A stretch of DNA of 64,000 nt from Alphaproteobacteria bacterium (GTDB taxonomy: Bacteria > Pseudomonadota > Alphaproteobacteria > UBA1280 > UBA6503), in contig JAJFIW010000015.1 of NCBI GenBank assembly GCA_021774615.1, positions 490 through 64,489 on the forward strand, given 5' to 3'. The translations under genes and the position numbers were made by a program. The notes beneath the pieces were generated by a model. It was not told where the DNA came from and searched no databases. It saw only the letters and a list, made by a program, of their open reading frames with translations. Positions 27,290 through 38,606 of this stretch are shown here, piece after piece. Every line of letters begins with the position of its first letter. Position 1 is the first letter of the stretch.

Positions 27290-29515
27290 TTACGCAGTAC
27301 GACGGCGTGGGCCACGGCTAGATGGACGCTTATCGCCACCACCGTTGCTGTCGTCACCACCATCATCACTACGAGGAGGGCGTGGGCTACCGCCAGTTTC
27401 AACAATCTTAGCAATACGCTCAGTTATTTCTTCTGGTTGGTCTACGCCTTTCATAGTAAGACGAATGCGGCCACGGTCGTTTAGGTTTGTAACCTGCACG
27501 TTAACTGTATCACCATTATCGGCAATATCAGTTACTTTACCGATACGCACGTCTGCCATTTCAGACACGTGCACTAATGCTTCGTGTTTGCCAAGGTAAC
27601 GTACGAAGAAGCCGTAATCTTCAACACGAACAACTAAACCTGGGTAAACTTCGTTTAACTCAGGCTCGCATAAGATTTCGTCGATACGGCGCTTACATTC
27701 GACAATTGCAGCACGATTAACTGCAGTTAAGTAAGCCATACCATCGTCATCGATGTCAATCTGGCAACCAGTTGTTTCGATAAGTTCACGGATAACTTTA
27801 CCACCTGTACCGATAACCTCACGGATTTTGTCGGTTGGGATCTTAATAGTTTCCATACCTGGTGCATGTTCGCTAACTTCCGTACGAGTTTCGGTAATAG
27901 CTTCTTCCATTTTGCCTAGGATATGCATACGACCATCTTTAGCTTGCAATAGTGCTTCTTTCATAATTGCAGCAGTGATAGATGTAATCTTAATATCCAT
28001 TTGCAAAGCAGTAACACCTTTATTAGTACCAGCTACTTTAAAGTCCATGTCGCCAAGGTGGTCTTCGTCACCAAGGATATCTGAAAGAACAGCGTATTTA
28101 TCGCCTTCTTTAATCAGACCCATAGCAATACCAGCAACTGGGCGAACCATAGGAACACCTGCAGCCATCATCGCCATAGAACTACCACAAACAGTCGCCA
28201 TTGAAGACGAACCGTTAGACTCAGTAATTTCAGATACAATACGGATTGTGTATGGGAACTCTTCTTTAGTTGGCAACATTGCGCTTAAAGCACGACGAGC
28301 TAACCAACCGTGGCCAATTTCACGACGACCAGTAAAGCCAACACGACCACACTCACCAACAGAATATGGAGGGAAGTTGTAATGTAGCATAAAGCGGTCT
28401 TTGCTTTCACCGCTCATAGCATCAATAAGTTGCTCATCACGGCCACCGCCAAGAGTTGTTACAACAATTGCTTGGGTTTCGCCACGAGTAAACAATGAAC
28501 TACCATGTGTACGAGGCAACACGTCAACTTCGGTAACAATTGGGCGAATGTCGGTTGTTGAACGTTCGTCGATGCGTTTTTTGGTTTTAAGAACGCTACC
28601 ACGAAGTACGTCAGCTTCAACTTTTTTCAGTTGAGTTTTAACCATTTTATCGTTTGAACCGTCTTCATCAACATATTTTTCAATAGCTTCAGTACGGATA
28701 GCATCTAGAGCTGCTTGGCGCTCTTGTTTAAGGCGAAGTGTGTATGCTTTAGTAATACCTTTAGCAAAATCTTTTTCTAAAGATTTAAACATTTCTTCGG
28801 TACCTTCAGGGCTAATAACTTCGTAGCCTGGTTTTGCAGCAGCTTCAGCGATTTCGATAATACCATCGATAACAACTTGCATTGCTTCGTGACCCGCAGT
28901 TACCGCACCTAGCATTACTTCTTCTGAAAGCTCATTTGCTTCACTTTCAACCATTAGTACGCCTTCACGAGTACCAGCAACAACAAGGTTTAACTCGCTT
29001 GCTTCTAGTTGTTCGAATGTTGGGTTAACAACGTATTCACCGTCAATGTAACCAACACGAGCAGCACCAATTGGGCCCATAAAAGGAGCACCAGACAAAG
29101 TAAGCGCAGCACTTGCAGCAACCAATGAAACAATATCAGAATCGTTTTCTTTGTCAGACTGCAGCACAGTACAAGTTACTTGAGTTTCGTTTTTAAAGTC
29201 GGGGTGGAAAAGAGGGCGAATAGGACGGTCGATCAGACGACATGTCAGAATTTCTCTTTCAGTTTGGCGGCCTTCACGTTTGAAGAACCCACCTGGAATA
29301 CGCCCACCAGCGTAGAATTTTTCAAAGTAGTTAACAGTCAATGGGAAAAAGTCCATCGCTGGGTTACCTTGTTTAGCAAAACATACGTTCGCCATTACTA
29401 CGGTATCACCGTAAGTAACCATAACGCTGCCGTCAGCTTGACGAGCAATTTTACCTGTTTCGATAGTCAACTGGCGGCCTTGCCAGTCAATTTGTTTTTT
29501 GTATACTGTAAACAT
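27290..29515 (-). CDS. pnp: Polynucleotide phosphorylase (PNPase) with a Gly/Asp/Arg-rich C-terminal tail
   Basis: Two RNase PH domains, then KH and S1 domains. Typical N-terminus MFTVYKKQIDWQGRQLTIETGKIARQADGSV. Confidence 0.9.
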   Translation of the reverse strand: MFTVYKKQIDWQGRQLTIETGKIARQADGSVMVTYGDTVVMANVCFAKQGNPAMDFFPLTVNYFEKFYAGGRIPGGFFKREGRQTEREILTCRLIDRPIRPLFHPDFKNETQVTCTVLQSDKENDSDIVSLVAASAALTLSGAPFMGPIGAARVGYIDGEYVVNPTFEQLEASELNLVVAGTREGVLMVESEANELSEEVMLGAVTAGHEAMQVVIDGIIEIAEAAAKPGYEVISPEGTEEMFKSLEKDFAKGITKAYTLRLKQERQAALDAIRTEAIEKYVDEDGSNDKMVKTQLKKVEADVLRGSVLKTKKRIDERSTTDIRPIVTEVDVLPRTHGSSLFTRGETQAIVVTTLGGGRDEQLIDAMSGESKDRFMLHYNFPPYSVGECGRVGFTGRREIGHGWLARRALSAMLPTKEEFPYTIRIVSEITESNGSSSMATVCGSSMAMMAAGVPMVRPVAGIAMGLIKEGDKYAVLSDILGDEDHLGDMDFKVAGTNKGVTALQMDIKITSITAAIMKEALLQAKDGRMHILGKMEEAITETRTEVSEHAPGMETIKIPTDKIREVIGTGGKVIRELIETTGCQIDIDDDGMAYLTAVNRAAIVECKRRIDEILCEPELNEVYPGLVVRVEDYGFFVRYLGKHEALVHVSEMADVRIGKVTDIADNGDTVNVQVTNLNDRGRIRLTMKGVDQPEEITERIAKIVETGGSPRPPRSDDGGDDSNGGGDKRPSSRGPRRRTA

Positions 29516-29662
29516 TTATTTGTTTATCCATTTCATCATTTTATATCATTTAAAGTTAAATCTTTATAACGTCATTCACCTATATAAGCAACGATATTCA
29601 TGTATACAAGGTGTAAATCATTAACATAATTTTTGCATATACTTACAAACGCACACTACAGC

Positions 29663-29695
29663 AAAAAAAGCCCCGCAGTTTGCGGGGCTTTTTTG
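29663..29695. terminator. Hairpin aaaaaaagccccgca-gttt-gcggggctttttt between rpsO and pnp
   Basis: Seen in the sequence. This is the classic rpsO-pnp intergenic hairpin position, the RNase III/attenuation site in other bacteria. Confidence 0.6.
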
Positions 29696-29713
29696 TATTT
29701 CTGTAAGTAGTAA

Positions 29714-29983
29714 TTACTTACGAATACCTAATGCTTTAATAACAGCTTCGTAACGGCTAGCGTCTTTACGTTTTAGGTAGTCTAGCAAGCTACGGCGTGT
29801 CGAAACCAAGCGCAACAAACCACGGCGACCATGATGGTCTTTTTTGTGGGTTTTGAAGTGTTCGGTTAGGTTTGTGATACGCTCGCTAATAATAGCGATT
29901 TGTGACTCTGTTTTACCTGAGTTTTTAACGTCTCCACCAAACTTAGTAACAAGTTCAGCAGTTTTTTCTTGAGCAATTGACAT
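29714..29983 (-). CDS. rpsO: 30S ribosomal protein S15
   Basis: 89 aa. [16 protein letters not shown] ... [25 protein letters not shown]. Confidence 0.9.
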   Translation of the reverse strand: MSIAQEKTAELVTKFGGDVKNSGKTESQIAIISERITNLTEHFKTHKKDHHGRRGLLRLVSTRRSLLDYLKRKDASRYEAVIKALGIRK

Positions 29984-30008
29984 ATTTTATTCTCCTACGC
30001 AGTATCAT

Positions 30009-30929
30009 TTATAAATTAAAATTTCGTGCTACCTTAGCACTGCCGTCAGAGCCTACCTCCAGTAAAGAAAGGATTTTTCCATCCTCCTCCTTAACCCTAA
30101 CCAACCCAACGGGCGCTTGTGGCAAAGTAATGTCTTGCCCACGGCTAAGTCTAAAAGCTTGCTCTGCTGTGACTTGATAGGCCGGGATACCGTCCAGCAC
30201 CCAATCAACGTCATACAGTAAGCTTTCGGGAATATGCCCTTTTCCGCCAGCATTTGCAACTATTTTTTCTATTTCTTCAAGGGTAATGGCTTTTTGTTCG
30301 GTCATTTTACCGATTGCAACTCGGCGCAACACGCTAATATGCCCACAACTACCTAAGCTTTTAGCCATATCTCGACCTAGTGCGCGGATGTATGTGCCTT
30401 TACTTACGTCGGCCTTCAAGGTTGCTTTTTTATCTGTATAATCAAGAAGTTCTAAGCTATTTATCGTCACCTCACGGCTTTTCATCGTAACTTCTTCGCC
30501 ACTACGGGCTTTTTTATAGGCTCGTTCACCATCAATTTTTATGGCACTAAATGCTGGTGGGGTTTGGCTTATTTTACCGATAAATTTTGGTAAAATATTT
30601 TCTATATCTGTACGGCTTGGGATGTTAAGAGAAGTCTCTATAACCTCGCCTTCAATATCATCGGTAGAGGTAGCAGTGCCAAAGGTAACCTCAAACACAT
30701 AGGTTTTGTCTGAGTCTATAACATAAGGAATTGTTTTAGTAGCCTCGCCAAAAGCAAGGGGAAGAACCCCTGTAGCCAATGGGTCTAGCGTGCCGCCGTG
30801 CCCAGCTTTCTTAGCATCGAACAGCCAGCGCACTCGCCCTAAGGCTTTAGTACTGCTTATATCGTAGGGTTTATCTAAAAGTAGCCAGCCGTTAACAAGC
30901 TCGCCTTTTTTACGCCGTCCCATCAACAT
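30009..30929 (-). CDS. truB: tRNA pseudouridine(55) synthase TruB
   Basis: GWLLLDKP ... TGVLPLAFGEATK (catalytic Asp context HGGTLDP). Confidence 0.85.
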   Translation of the reverse strand: MLMGRRKKGELVNGWLLLDKPYDISSTKALGRVRWLFDAKKAGHGGTLDPLATGVLPLAFGEATKTIPYVIDSDKTYVFEVTFGTATSTDDIEGEVIETSLNIPSRTDIENILPKFIGKISQTPPAFSAIKIDGERAYKKARSGEEVTMKSREVTINSLELLDYTDKKATLKADVSKGTYIRALGRDMAKSLGSCGHISVLRRVAIGKMTEQKAITLEEIEKIVANAGGKGHIPESLLYDVDWVLDGIPAYQVTAEQAFRLSRGQDITLPQAPVGLVRVKEEDGKILSLLEVGSDGSAKVARNFNL

Positions 30930-31293
30930 CTTTCAAAGAAATATTACTTAATATTCTGTCCACACGGCTGGATTCTTCTAAAGTTTCATCATAAAAAAAC
31001 CGTACTTTGGGTGTGTATTTAGTCTGCATGCTGCGGGCTAAGTAGGTATTAAATGTATAAGCTTGCTCGTTTAGCTGCTTGGTAAGTTTCTTTATATCAG
31101 CAGCAGATTTACCATCGTTTAATAATGTATAAAAAACATGGGCTAGCTTTAGGTCTTTAGAAACAGTAACTGCTGAGATAGTTACTTTCTCTGTAATCCC
31201 TACGACTGAAAAGTCTTTATCGTAAAAAGACTCGGCAATAAGTTGCCTTACAAGTTCGGAAACACGCTTTTGGCGTTGTGAGGTTGACTTCAT
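30910..31293 (-). CDS. rbfA: Ribosome-binding factor A
   Basis: RbfA-like 127 aa (RVSELVRQLIAESF ... VTVSKDLKLAHVFYT). Operon position between infB and truB. Confidence 0.85.
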   Translation of the reverse strand: MKSTSQRQKRVSELVRQLIAESFYDKDFSVVGITEKVTISAVTVSKDLKLAHVFYTLLNDGKSAADIKKLTKQLNEQAYTFNTYLARSMQTKYTPKVRFFYDETLEESSRVDRILSNISLKDVDGTA

Positions 31294-31316
31294 ATCGATA
31301 TATTCCCTCGTTAGAC

Positions 31317-33902
31317 CTAGCTATTTGCGGCTTCTGCAGCAGCTTCTGCATCAGCTGCGGCTTTTTCAGCTTGGGCATCTTTCTCGGCCTTAATTGCTCT
31401 TTTACCAGCGGCTTCCTTTAGGTCATCGATACTTACGGTGCGTTCAATCATTTCGAAACACTCAATCTCGTCACCTTGCTTAATGTCGGCATAGTTTTTA
31501 ACTGTAAGCCCACATTCGAACCCTGCTTGTACTTCTTTAGCATCATCTTTAAAGCGTTTTAGGCTGTCGAGTTCACCTGTAAATATAACTACACCATCAC
31601 GCAGCACTCGGCATTGTCCGTTACGGCGGATTAAACCTTCTGTAACCATACAACCAGCAATCGAGCCAACTTTAGATACCTTATAAACCTCACGAACTTG
31701 TGCTAAGCCAATAACTTTTTCGTCAAATGTTGGGGCAAGTAAGCCACTCATCGCAGCTTTAACATCGTCAATTAGGTTATAGATAATGCTATAGTAACGT
31801 ATTTCGATGCCTTCTCGCTCTGAAACCTCGCGTGCTTTTGCACCAGCTCTAACGTTAAAGCCAATAATAATTGCGTTTGATGCAGATGCCAACATTACGT
31901 CAGACTCGGTGATAACACCAACTGCACTATGGATAACCGATACAATAACTTCGTCTGTTGCTTGTTTTTTCAGTGCGTCTGAGATTGCCTCAACCGAACC
32001 TTGGGCATCAGCCTTAACAACTACTGCTAAGCGTTTTTGGTCGCCAGTTTGTGCTGCCAATAGGTTTTCAAGTGTCCGAGAACCAGCTTTAGCAGCTTGT
32101 TCTGTTTCGCGGCGTTTTTTGTCGCGGTATTCGGCTACTTCACGTGCTTTTCTCTCGTTTTCAAGAACAGTGAAGGTTTCGCCAGCGTCAGGCACGCCTT
32201 GTAAGCCAATAATCTCAACTGGCATTGCAGGGGGTGCTTCTTGGATACGTTGCCCACGGTCATTAACCAAAGCACGTACTTTACCCCATGTATTGCCTGC
32301 AACTAAAATATCGCCAACTTTAAGTGTTCCACCTTGGACAATAACTGTTGCCACAGGACCACGCCCTTTATCAAGCTGTGACTCTACAATTACGCCATTG
32401 GCTTGGCGGCTAGTATTTGCTTTAAGGTCAAGAACATCAGCTTGCAACAGAACCATTTCTTCTAGTTCTTCAATGCCTGTGCCCTCTTTAGCTGATACAT
32501 GCACAAAAATTGTATCCCCACCAAACTCTTCGGCCACCAACTCGTGTGATAGTAGTTCTTGTTTCACACGGCTAGGGTCTGCTTCAGGCTTATCGCATTT
32601 ATTAACAGCTACCACAATCGGCACTTCAGCTGCACGAGCATGCTTAATAGCTTCGATTGTTTGTGGCATAACACCATCGTCAGCAGCAACAACCAAAATA
32701 ACAATATCTGTTACCGCAGCACCACGTGCCCGCATTGAGGTAAACGCCGCATGCCCTGGGGTGTCAATAAAGGTAATTTTGCGTCCAACTTTGTTTTTAA
32801 CCTGATATGCACCAATGTGCTGGGTAATGCCGCCGGCTTCTTTGTCGGCGACTGCTGTACGGCGAATGGTGTCGAGTAGTGTTGTTTTACCGTGGTCAAC
32901 ATGCCCCATAACTGTAACAACTGGTGGGCGCATAATCATATTTTCTGATGTATCTTCAATGTCTTGCAAGTTCTCTTCAATGTCAGACTCAGAAACAAGA
33001 ATATACTTATGTCCCATTTCTTCAACGATAAGCGCTGCTGTTTCTTGGTCAAGAATTTGGTTTTGGGTTACCATTTGCCCCATAGACATAAATTTTTTAA
33101 CAACATCTGCAACACGCTCTGACATTCTGCTAGCTAGTTCCGATACAACAATAACCTCAGGGATAATAACCTCACGAACAATTTTCTCTTTTGGTTCAGC
33201 TGCTGCATATTCTTGCTTTTTGTTTGAACGTGCATAACGAGACGACGCTCTAAAACGAGCTTCCAAGCCTTCTACATAAGCATTACGACCACTACGTTTA
33301 CCACCACTATTGTTATTATCATTATGAGCAGGCTTGCGTGATGCTGCATTACGGCGGTTTTGGTCGTTTTCTACAACTGGTTCAGCAGGTTTTTGCTGTG
33401 CTTCTTTTTCTTTTTCTTTGGCTTTGGCTTTATCTTCAGCTTTTACTTCTGGAGCAGCATCTTCTTTAGGCTTTGCTGCTTCTTGCTCTTTCTTTTTTTG
33501 CTCTTCTTCACGTTGTAAGCGTTCTTCTTCTACACTTTTTTTACGTTCAATAGCTTCGTTCTGTTCTTTTTTAAGGCCTTCAGCACGTAAATGCTCTTCT
33601 TCACGGCGTTTTGCCTCAGCCTCTGAGTTTTTGCGTGCTTCCTCAAGAACCCGTGCGCGTTCGCCAAGTTCTCCAGATACCTGAGCACCTGTTGTGGATT
33701 TCATGCCGCTAAAATCGCGACGACGACGTACTTCAACCGCTACACCACCACCTTGGCTACGACCGCCAGAACTACCGCCACCGACAGATAATGTTCCGCC
33801 TAGGCTTAGGGTTCCACCACTTTTACCGCCCGCTGACAAGGTCTTCTTGTCATCAGTTTTAGTGGCATCTGTTGCAGTTTTTTTCTTATCGTCAGTCATC
33901 AA
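31317..33902 (-). CDS. infB: Translation initiation factor IF-2
   Basis: G-domain [28 protein letters not shown]. Low-complexity N-terminus. Confidence 0.9.
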   Translation of the reverse strand: MMTDDKKKTATDATKTDDKKTLSAGGKSGGTLSLGGTLSVGGGSSGGRSQGGGVAVEVRRRRDFSGMKSTTGAQVSGELGERARVLEEARKNSEAEAKRREEEHLRAEGLKKEQNEAIERKKSVEEERLQREEEQKKKEQEAAKPKEDAAPEVKAEDKAKAKEKEKEAQQKPAEPVVENDQNRRNAASRKPAHNDNNNSGGKRSGRNAYVEGLEARFRASSRYARSNKKQEYAAAEPKEKIVREVIIPEVIVVSELASRMSERVADVVKKFMSMGQMVTQNQILDQETAALIVEEMGHKYILVSESDIEENLQDIEDTSENMIMRPPVVTVMGHVDHGKTTLLDTIRRTAVADKEAGGITQHIGAYQVKNKVGRKITFIDTPGHAAFTSMRARGAAVTDIVILVVAADDGVMPQTIEAIKHARAAEVPIVVAVNKCDKPEADPSRVKQELLSHELVAEEFGGDTIFVHVSAKEGTGIEELEEMVLLQADVLDLKANTSRQANGVIVESQLDKGRGPVATVIVQGGTLKVGDILVAGNTWGKVRALVNDRGQRIQEAPPAMPVEIIGLQGVPDAGETFTVLENERKAREVAEYRDKKRRETEQAAKAGSRTLENLLAAQTGDQKRLAVVVKADAQGSVEAISDALKKQATDEVIVSVIHSAVGVITESDVMLASASNAIIIGFNVRAGAKAREVSEREGIEIRYYSIIYNLIDDVKAAMSGLLAPTFDEKVIGLAQVREVYKVSKVGSIAGCMVTEGLIRRNGQCRVLRDGVVIFTGELDSLKRFKDDAKEVQAGFECGLTVKNYADIKQGDEIECFEMIERTVSIDDLKEAAGKRAIKAEKDAQAEKAAADAEAAAEAANS

Positions 33903-33916
33903 ATAATATCTCTTTT

Positions 33917-34585
33917 CTATTTCAAGCTTTTATCTTGTACCTTGTATACACCACTTATGGCAAGTTCTTTCAACCCTACCCATGTATAACCTAATTTCAT
34001 AACATCCTCTATAGATGCTTGTTTTCTAAGTGCGATAACTGTGCAATTGCCTTTATCAAAGGCTATATCAAGCTTAGCTCCGTTGCAAATTGCTAATAAT
34101 GGCACTTTATTTTTTTTAGTTGCACTTTTAAGCTTATTCAATGTGTTAGTGGCAATATCTTCGGCATAAAATACCACTGCTATATTATTACCAGCTACAT
34201 TATCCAAAATATTATCACACCCCATCAATAGCTGGCCAGCCTTACGAAGAAGCCCTAATTTACCAAGCAGGCGCTTCTCAATAGTTTCTAATACCATTTT
34301 TTGGAAAGATTCGATTGTACCAAGCAAAGTTGCGCCCAAAGTATTCTCTAGGCTGTGGGTTTCTAGTGCTTTTCTGATACAAGCAACATTAGGTGTAATA
34401 TAGCCAGCATTACCGGGTAATTCTCCAGTTATATCAAAATAGATATAACCATCTGGGCCAGCAACAAAACGTAACATTTCGCTTTTACGGTGCACACCAC
34501 CACCCCCCAAGCAAGAGCTAGGGGCATCAGCCGCCGCCTCTTTTTTACTGAGGCGGCGAGTTTTATGTTGAGTGGCGACTACCAT
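33917..34585 (-). CDS. YlxR/DUF448-type RNA-binding protein fused to an L7Ae-like domain
   Basis: Sits in the conserved nusA-[ylxR]-infB slot. N-terminal [13 protein letters not shown] ... GYIT resembles DUF448. Confidence 0.55.
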   Translation of the reverse strand: MVVATQHKTRRLSKKEAAADAPSSCLGGGGVHRKSEMLRFVAGPDGYIYFDITGELPGNAGYITPNVACIRKALETHSLENTLGATLLGTIESFQKMVLETIEKRLLGKLGLLRKAGQLLMGCDNILDNVAGNNIAVVFYAEDIATNTLNKLKSATKKNKVPLLAICNGAKLDIAFDKGNCTVIALRKQASIEDVMKLGYTWVGLKELAISGVYKVQDKSLK

Positions 34586-34606
34586 AATGCATCATCCTAA
34601 CTTAGA

Positions 34607-36208
34607 CTAAGATGCATTAGCTGTTGTTTGCGAGCCATCTTCATCTGCAAACCAATGCTGGCGAGCTTGCATAATCAAGCGTTCAGCTTGTGCATCAGTC
34701 ATCAGCCCTTTTGGTAGCATTTCCATTAGCTCATCGGTAGCAAGGTCACCAAGGTCATCTAAAGTTACAATCTTGTTTTTACCCAACTCTAGCAGGATTT
34801 CGGTACGGATACCTTCTAACGCAGCTAGCTCATCGCTAACACCAATTTTCTCGATTTGTTTACGTTGTGAGGCAAGCCATGTGTTCGCACGGTTTTGTAA
34901 CTCGGTCGCGATAGCTTCGTCCAGCCCTTCAATGCCGCCCATTTCTTCAGCAGAAATCATAACCATTTCTTCGATACTGTTGAAACCCTCTGCAATAAGA
35001 AGACGTGCTAGAGTATCATCAACATCAAGCCCTTCTATAAACATCTTAGATAAAGTATCGAATTGCGCTGCTTGTTTTTCTGACGACTCAGACTCGGTCA
35101 TAACATCAATACTCCAGCCAGTTAGCATACTTGCTAAGCGTACATTTTGCCCCCGACGGCCAATCGCTAACGATAGGTTGTCTTCAGGTACAATAACTTC
35201 CATACGCCCTTCGGCTTCGTCTACAACAACTTTAGTAACAGTTGCAGGCGCAATTGCTTTAATAAGGAATGCAGCAGGGTCTGGTGTGTATTCGATAATG
35301 TCTACACGTTCGCCTTGTAGCTCGTTTACAACTTCTTGCACACGCACCCCACGGATACCAACACAAGCACCAACTGGGTCAATGTTGTGATCGTAAGATT
35401 TAACTGCAATTTTTGCTCTGAACCCAGGGTCACGAGCAGCACCAATAATTTCGATTGTACCGCTAGCAATTTCAGGGACTGCTTGAGCAAATAGTTTTTC
35501 AAGCAATTTAGGGTGAGTACGGCTAATAAAAATTTGTGGGCCACGTTGCTCACGGCGGACATCGTAAATGTAGCCACGCACACGGTCGCCTTGGCGGTAA
35601 GTTTCTTTAGGGATAATTTCGTTACGTGGCAAAATAGCTTCTGCACGGCCAAGGTCAATTAAAATGCCGTTGTAGTCAACACGTTTAACAATGCCACTCA
35701 TAATTTCGCCAACACGGCTTTCGTATTCTTCAAACTCTTTAACACGTTCAGCGTCACGAACTTTTTGGAAAATAACTTGTTTTGCAGCTTGCGCAGCAAT
35801 ACGCCCAAAGTCGAACGGTGGTAGCTCTTCTTCGATAAAGTCTCCAAGGGCTGCATCTTTCTTAACTTTTTGTGCTTCAGAAAGTAGCATTTGGAATTCG
35901 TTTTTGCTTACAGGCTTGCCTTCTTTGTCAACAGCTGGCTTCATTTTTGGCTCGCGGTTTTCACGTTGTGCACGGCGGTATTCGTCTTCATCAATAGGTT
36001 CTACAACCTTGCTAACAACTTCCCAGCGGCGTTTTAAAGTAATACTACCGTCCATACGGTCAACGGATGCAATAATATCAAGGTCCATACCATATTTACG
36101 GCGAGCACCCATTTGAATAGCTTGTTCCATAGCTTCAACTATCATCTCGCGGTCAATATCTTTCTCGCGAGCAACTGCTTCAGCAACCTGTAAAAGTTCT
36201 AATGACAT
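34607..36208 (-). CDS. nusA: Transcription termination/antitermination factor NusA
   Basis: S1 plus KH domains and a C-terminal acidic repeat. N-terminus MSLELLQVAEAVAREKDIDREMIVEAMEQAI. Confidence 0.9.
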   Translation of the reverse strand: MSLELLQVAEAVAREKDIDREMIVEAMEQAIQMGARRKYGMDLDIIASVDRMDGSITLKRRWEVVSKVVEPIDEDEYRRAQRENREPKMKPAVDKEGKPVSKNEFQMLLSEAQKVKKDAALGDFIEEELPPFDFGRIAAQAAKQVIFQKVRDAERVKEFEEYESRVGEIMSGIVKRVDYNGILIDLGRAEAILPRNEIIPKETYRQGDRVRGYIYDVRREQRGPQIFISRTHPKLLEKLFAQAVPEIASGTIEIIGAARDPGFRAKIAVKSYDHNIDPVGACVGIRGVRVQEVVNELQGERVDIIEYTPDPAAFLIKAIAPATVTKVVVDEAEGRMEVIVPEDNLSLAIGRRGQNVRLASMLTGWSIDVMTESESSEKQAAQFDTLSKMFIEGLDVDDTLARLLIAEGFNSIEEMVMISAEEMGGIEGLDEAIATELQNRANTWLASQRKQIEKIGVSDELAALEGIRTEILLELGKNKIVTLDDLGDLATDELMEMLPKGLMTDAQAERLIMQARQHWFADEDGSQTTANAS

Positions 36209-36253
36209 TTTCTTTGTTTCCTATTTATTTACACGTTTTTAATTAAAAATTAA

Positions 36254-36778
36254 TTATGCTTGTTTTAATTTTGCCATCCCTAAAGCTAAATTTAGCTCCT
36301 CAGGGGTAAAAGTTAGTTGTGCTCTGGCGATATCTGCAAATGGCAAGTGGAATAGTTCTTCCATATCGTCAAGCTGCAACAAAACATCGTCACCATCAAC
36401 ACCTTGCAAGATACCGATAAACTTGCGCCTACCGTCAATCGCTGCTTTAACATGGATTTTAGCGCGGTGCGACGTATAAAGCTTAAAATCCTCAAAAGAG
36501 ACTAACGGACGTTCAAGCCCAGTTGATGAAACCTCTAAGCTATAAGCTGTAGTAATAGGGTCATTTACATCAAGAACGGCCGAAAGCTCTCGTGATAATG
36601 ACTCGCATTGCTCAACCAATACCGGAACACGGTTAGTTGGGCTGCACTCTATAGGCTCGAGCATAATTTGTAATGTAGGGTGGTCACCACCACTTAGGCG
36701 CACACGAACTAGGCGCAAAGATAAATCTTGCGCTATTGGTTGGGTAATATCCCAAATTTTCTGTTCAACAGGTGTCAT
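36254..36778 (-). CDS. rimP: Ribosome maturation factor RimP
   Basis: Position upstream of nusA. RimP-like 174 aa. Confidence 0.8.
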   Translation of the reverse strand: MTPVEQKIWDITQPIAQDLSLRLVRVRLSGGDHPTLQIMLEPIECSPTNRVPVLVEQCESLSRELSAVLDVNDPITTAYSLEVSSTGLERPLVSFEDFKLYTSHRAKIHVKAAIDGRRKFIGILQGVDGDDVLLQLDDMEELFHLPFADIARAQLTFTPEELNLALGMAKLKQA

Positions 36779-37067
36779 CTAACAATCCCTCACATAGCTA
36801 TTTGCCATTAAAAAAAGCGGGCATTGCCCACTTGTTTGTATTCTCGCAACAAGCTGTTGTTATTTAATAAAATGGAATATACGACTTCTTATCCACAATT
36901 GCAACCCCTCTATTATGTATTATTTACCCAAATAAGTATTTTACATAACATTATTGTAGTTTTTATTAGAACTTGTAACTTGACAAGCTGCATCTAGGCT
37001 CTTATTTATCTCTACAAGCAAATAAATTTCTTCCTTTCATTTTTTCCATTCTAAATAGGAGTTTCCT

Positions 37068-37760
37068 ATGACACAGCCCCAAAAAAAGTTAAGCGCACTT
37101 GACCAAGCATTGCTAGATACAATCAAAGCAGGCACTTGGAATAACGTAATGAAAGTCATCAGAGCTGGTGCTAATATACATACATTAGGTCCCCGTGGCG
37201 TAAGTGTTACAACAATGGTTTCTCAAGACGGTGAATTTGGTATCGTTAGAGATATGATGGACTTTGATATAACCGTACTAAAAAATACCACAATCCCTAA
37301 CTCCACCCCGTTCATATGGGCAGCAATTTATAATAATGAGATAGCCGTAGAAATGGCGCACAGAGCACCATATGTGCTACATCAACAGCCACACGAGGGG
37401 GTTCTAACATTCGCAAGAAGAAACAATATTGATGTACTATGCAGGCTAGCTGCGGTTGACCCAAGCATATTAGCACAAACAAGGAGTGATGGACTAAACA
37501 CCATGCAGCTATTAAGCCTGCATCGTAATTACCTTGGCATTGGGCAACTAGAAGAAATCAACCCAAACGCTAGAAGGCTGTCCATCATACCGAAGAAGAT
37601 GTTGCGGGATAAAAATTTTATTATTAACAGTATTAATAACCCATGCACAGAAATGCTTGGTATGCTACTTGGTGCAGGGTTTGCAAAACCCAATAATTTT
37701 GATGCACTTTTAGCAAATAGTGGAATAAGTATGAGTGAAATAATACCCCTTATTCCCTAA
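37068..37760 (+). CDS. Ankyrin-repeat-like protein (effector candidate)
   Basis: Degenerate ANK-like units (TPFIWAAIYNNEIAVEMA, GVLTFARRNNIDVLCRLAA, GLNTMQLLSLHRN). Standalone gene with its own terminator. Confidence 0.45.
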   Translation: MTQPQKKLSALDQALLDTIKAGTWNNVMKVIRAGANIHTLGPRGVSVTTMVSQDGEFGIVRDMMDFDITVLKNTTIPNSTPFIWAAIYNNEIAVEMAHRAPYVLHQQPHEGVLTFARRNNIDVLCRLAAVDPSILAQTRSDGLNTMQLLSLHRNYLGIGQLEEINPNARRLSIIPKKMLRDKNFIINSINNPCTEMLGMLLGAGFAKPNNFDALLANSGISMSEIIPLIP

Positions 37761-37785
37761 TAGCTACTATCATTTCAACGAACAT

Positions 37786-37812
37786 TCACCCCTACTAGTT
37801 AGGGGTGTTTTT
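37786..37812 (+). terminator. Terminator cacccct-actag-ttaggggtg plus T6
   Basis: Seen in the sequence. Confidence 0.55.
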
Positions 37813-37874
37813 TGTACTTTACCTGCATAATGCAGTACGCCTATTTTTAGGCAATGCACTAAATAGTTGTTCTA

Positions 37875-38606
37875 CTATTCAGTAGTTTCGCCCTTATTGT
37901 GGTTTTGTTGGGGGAGGTTGTCTTTGTGGTTTAGGACAAAGTAGAACGGAAAGCGCCCTTCTTTTTTGGCTTTGCGTTCGTAGCCTGTTGTTGCCCAGCC
38001 TTGGGGTGGGGTTGCCCATTGTTGTGGGTTTATGGCAATAGGGAAAAATGCGCCTTGGTCGTAAACTTCACGCAGTATCCACATGGCGTAGTCTACAACA
38101 TCGGTTACTAATAGCAGTTCGCCGTCGGGTTTAACAATTCGTGCGGCCTCATCCAAGAAGTCTTTGTTAATAATGCGGCGTTTTTTATGTTTAGTTTTTG
38201 GCCATGGGTCGGGGTACAGCACAATTAGCCTGTCGACGCTATTTTCTGGTAATAGTTTAACTAGTACACGGGCGTCGTCAGGGTATAGTTTGATATTTTC
38301 TAGCTTTTGCTTTTCTATTTTGCTTACTAACGAACGCAAACCATTTTTAAAAACTTCGCATGCTATAAAGCGGTCTTCTGGGTGGGTTTCGGCACGGTGC
38401 AAAATCTGTTCGCCTTTACCAACCCCCAGCTCTACTGTAAGTGCGCCTTTTTGGGTAAATGCCTCGTGCGCAACTAAAGGTGCCACCAATGTATAAGGCA
38501 GCAAGCGCTTGTCTAGTGCTTGCTGCTCTTCTATACTCATCCGGCTGGCAGTACGGCCAAAGCTGCGAAGCCAGCCTTGCTTCTGCTCTTTACTCTCTAG
38601 AACCAT
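37875..38606 (-). CDS. trmB: tRNA (guanine46-N7)-methyltransferase TrmB
   Basis: SAM-MTase motif VELGVGKGEQIL, plus YPDPWPKTKHKKRR. Confidence 0.85.
   Translation of the reverse strand: MVLESKEQKQGWLRSFGRTASRMSIEEQQALDKRLLPYTLVAPLVAHEAFTQKGALTVELGVGKGEQILHRAETHPEDRFIACEVFKNGLRSLVSKIEKQKLENIKLYPDDARVLVKLLPENSVDRLIVLYPDPWPKTKHKKRRIINKDFLDEAARIVKPDGELLLVTDVVDYAMWILREVYDQGAFFPIAINPQQWATPPQGWATTGYERKAKKEGRFPFYFVLNHKDNLPQQNHNKGETTE

Noticed and set aside
27753-28634. Plus-strand 209-aa and 77-aa ORFs antisense to pnp
   Set aside because: Shadow ORFs within a conserved gene.
31807-33237. Long plus-strand ORFs (332 aa, 140 aa) antisense to infB
   Set aside because: They are Ser/Thr/Ala-rich low-complexity translations of the antisense strand of a highly conserved gene. 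There is no Shine-Dalgarno site.
34773-36116. Plus-strand ORFs (205 aa, 141 aa) antisense to nusA
   Set aside because: Same reasoning: antisense shadow ORFs with low-complexity composition.
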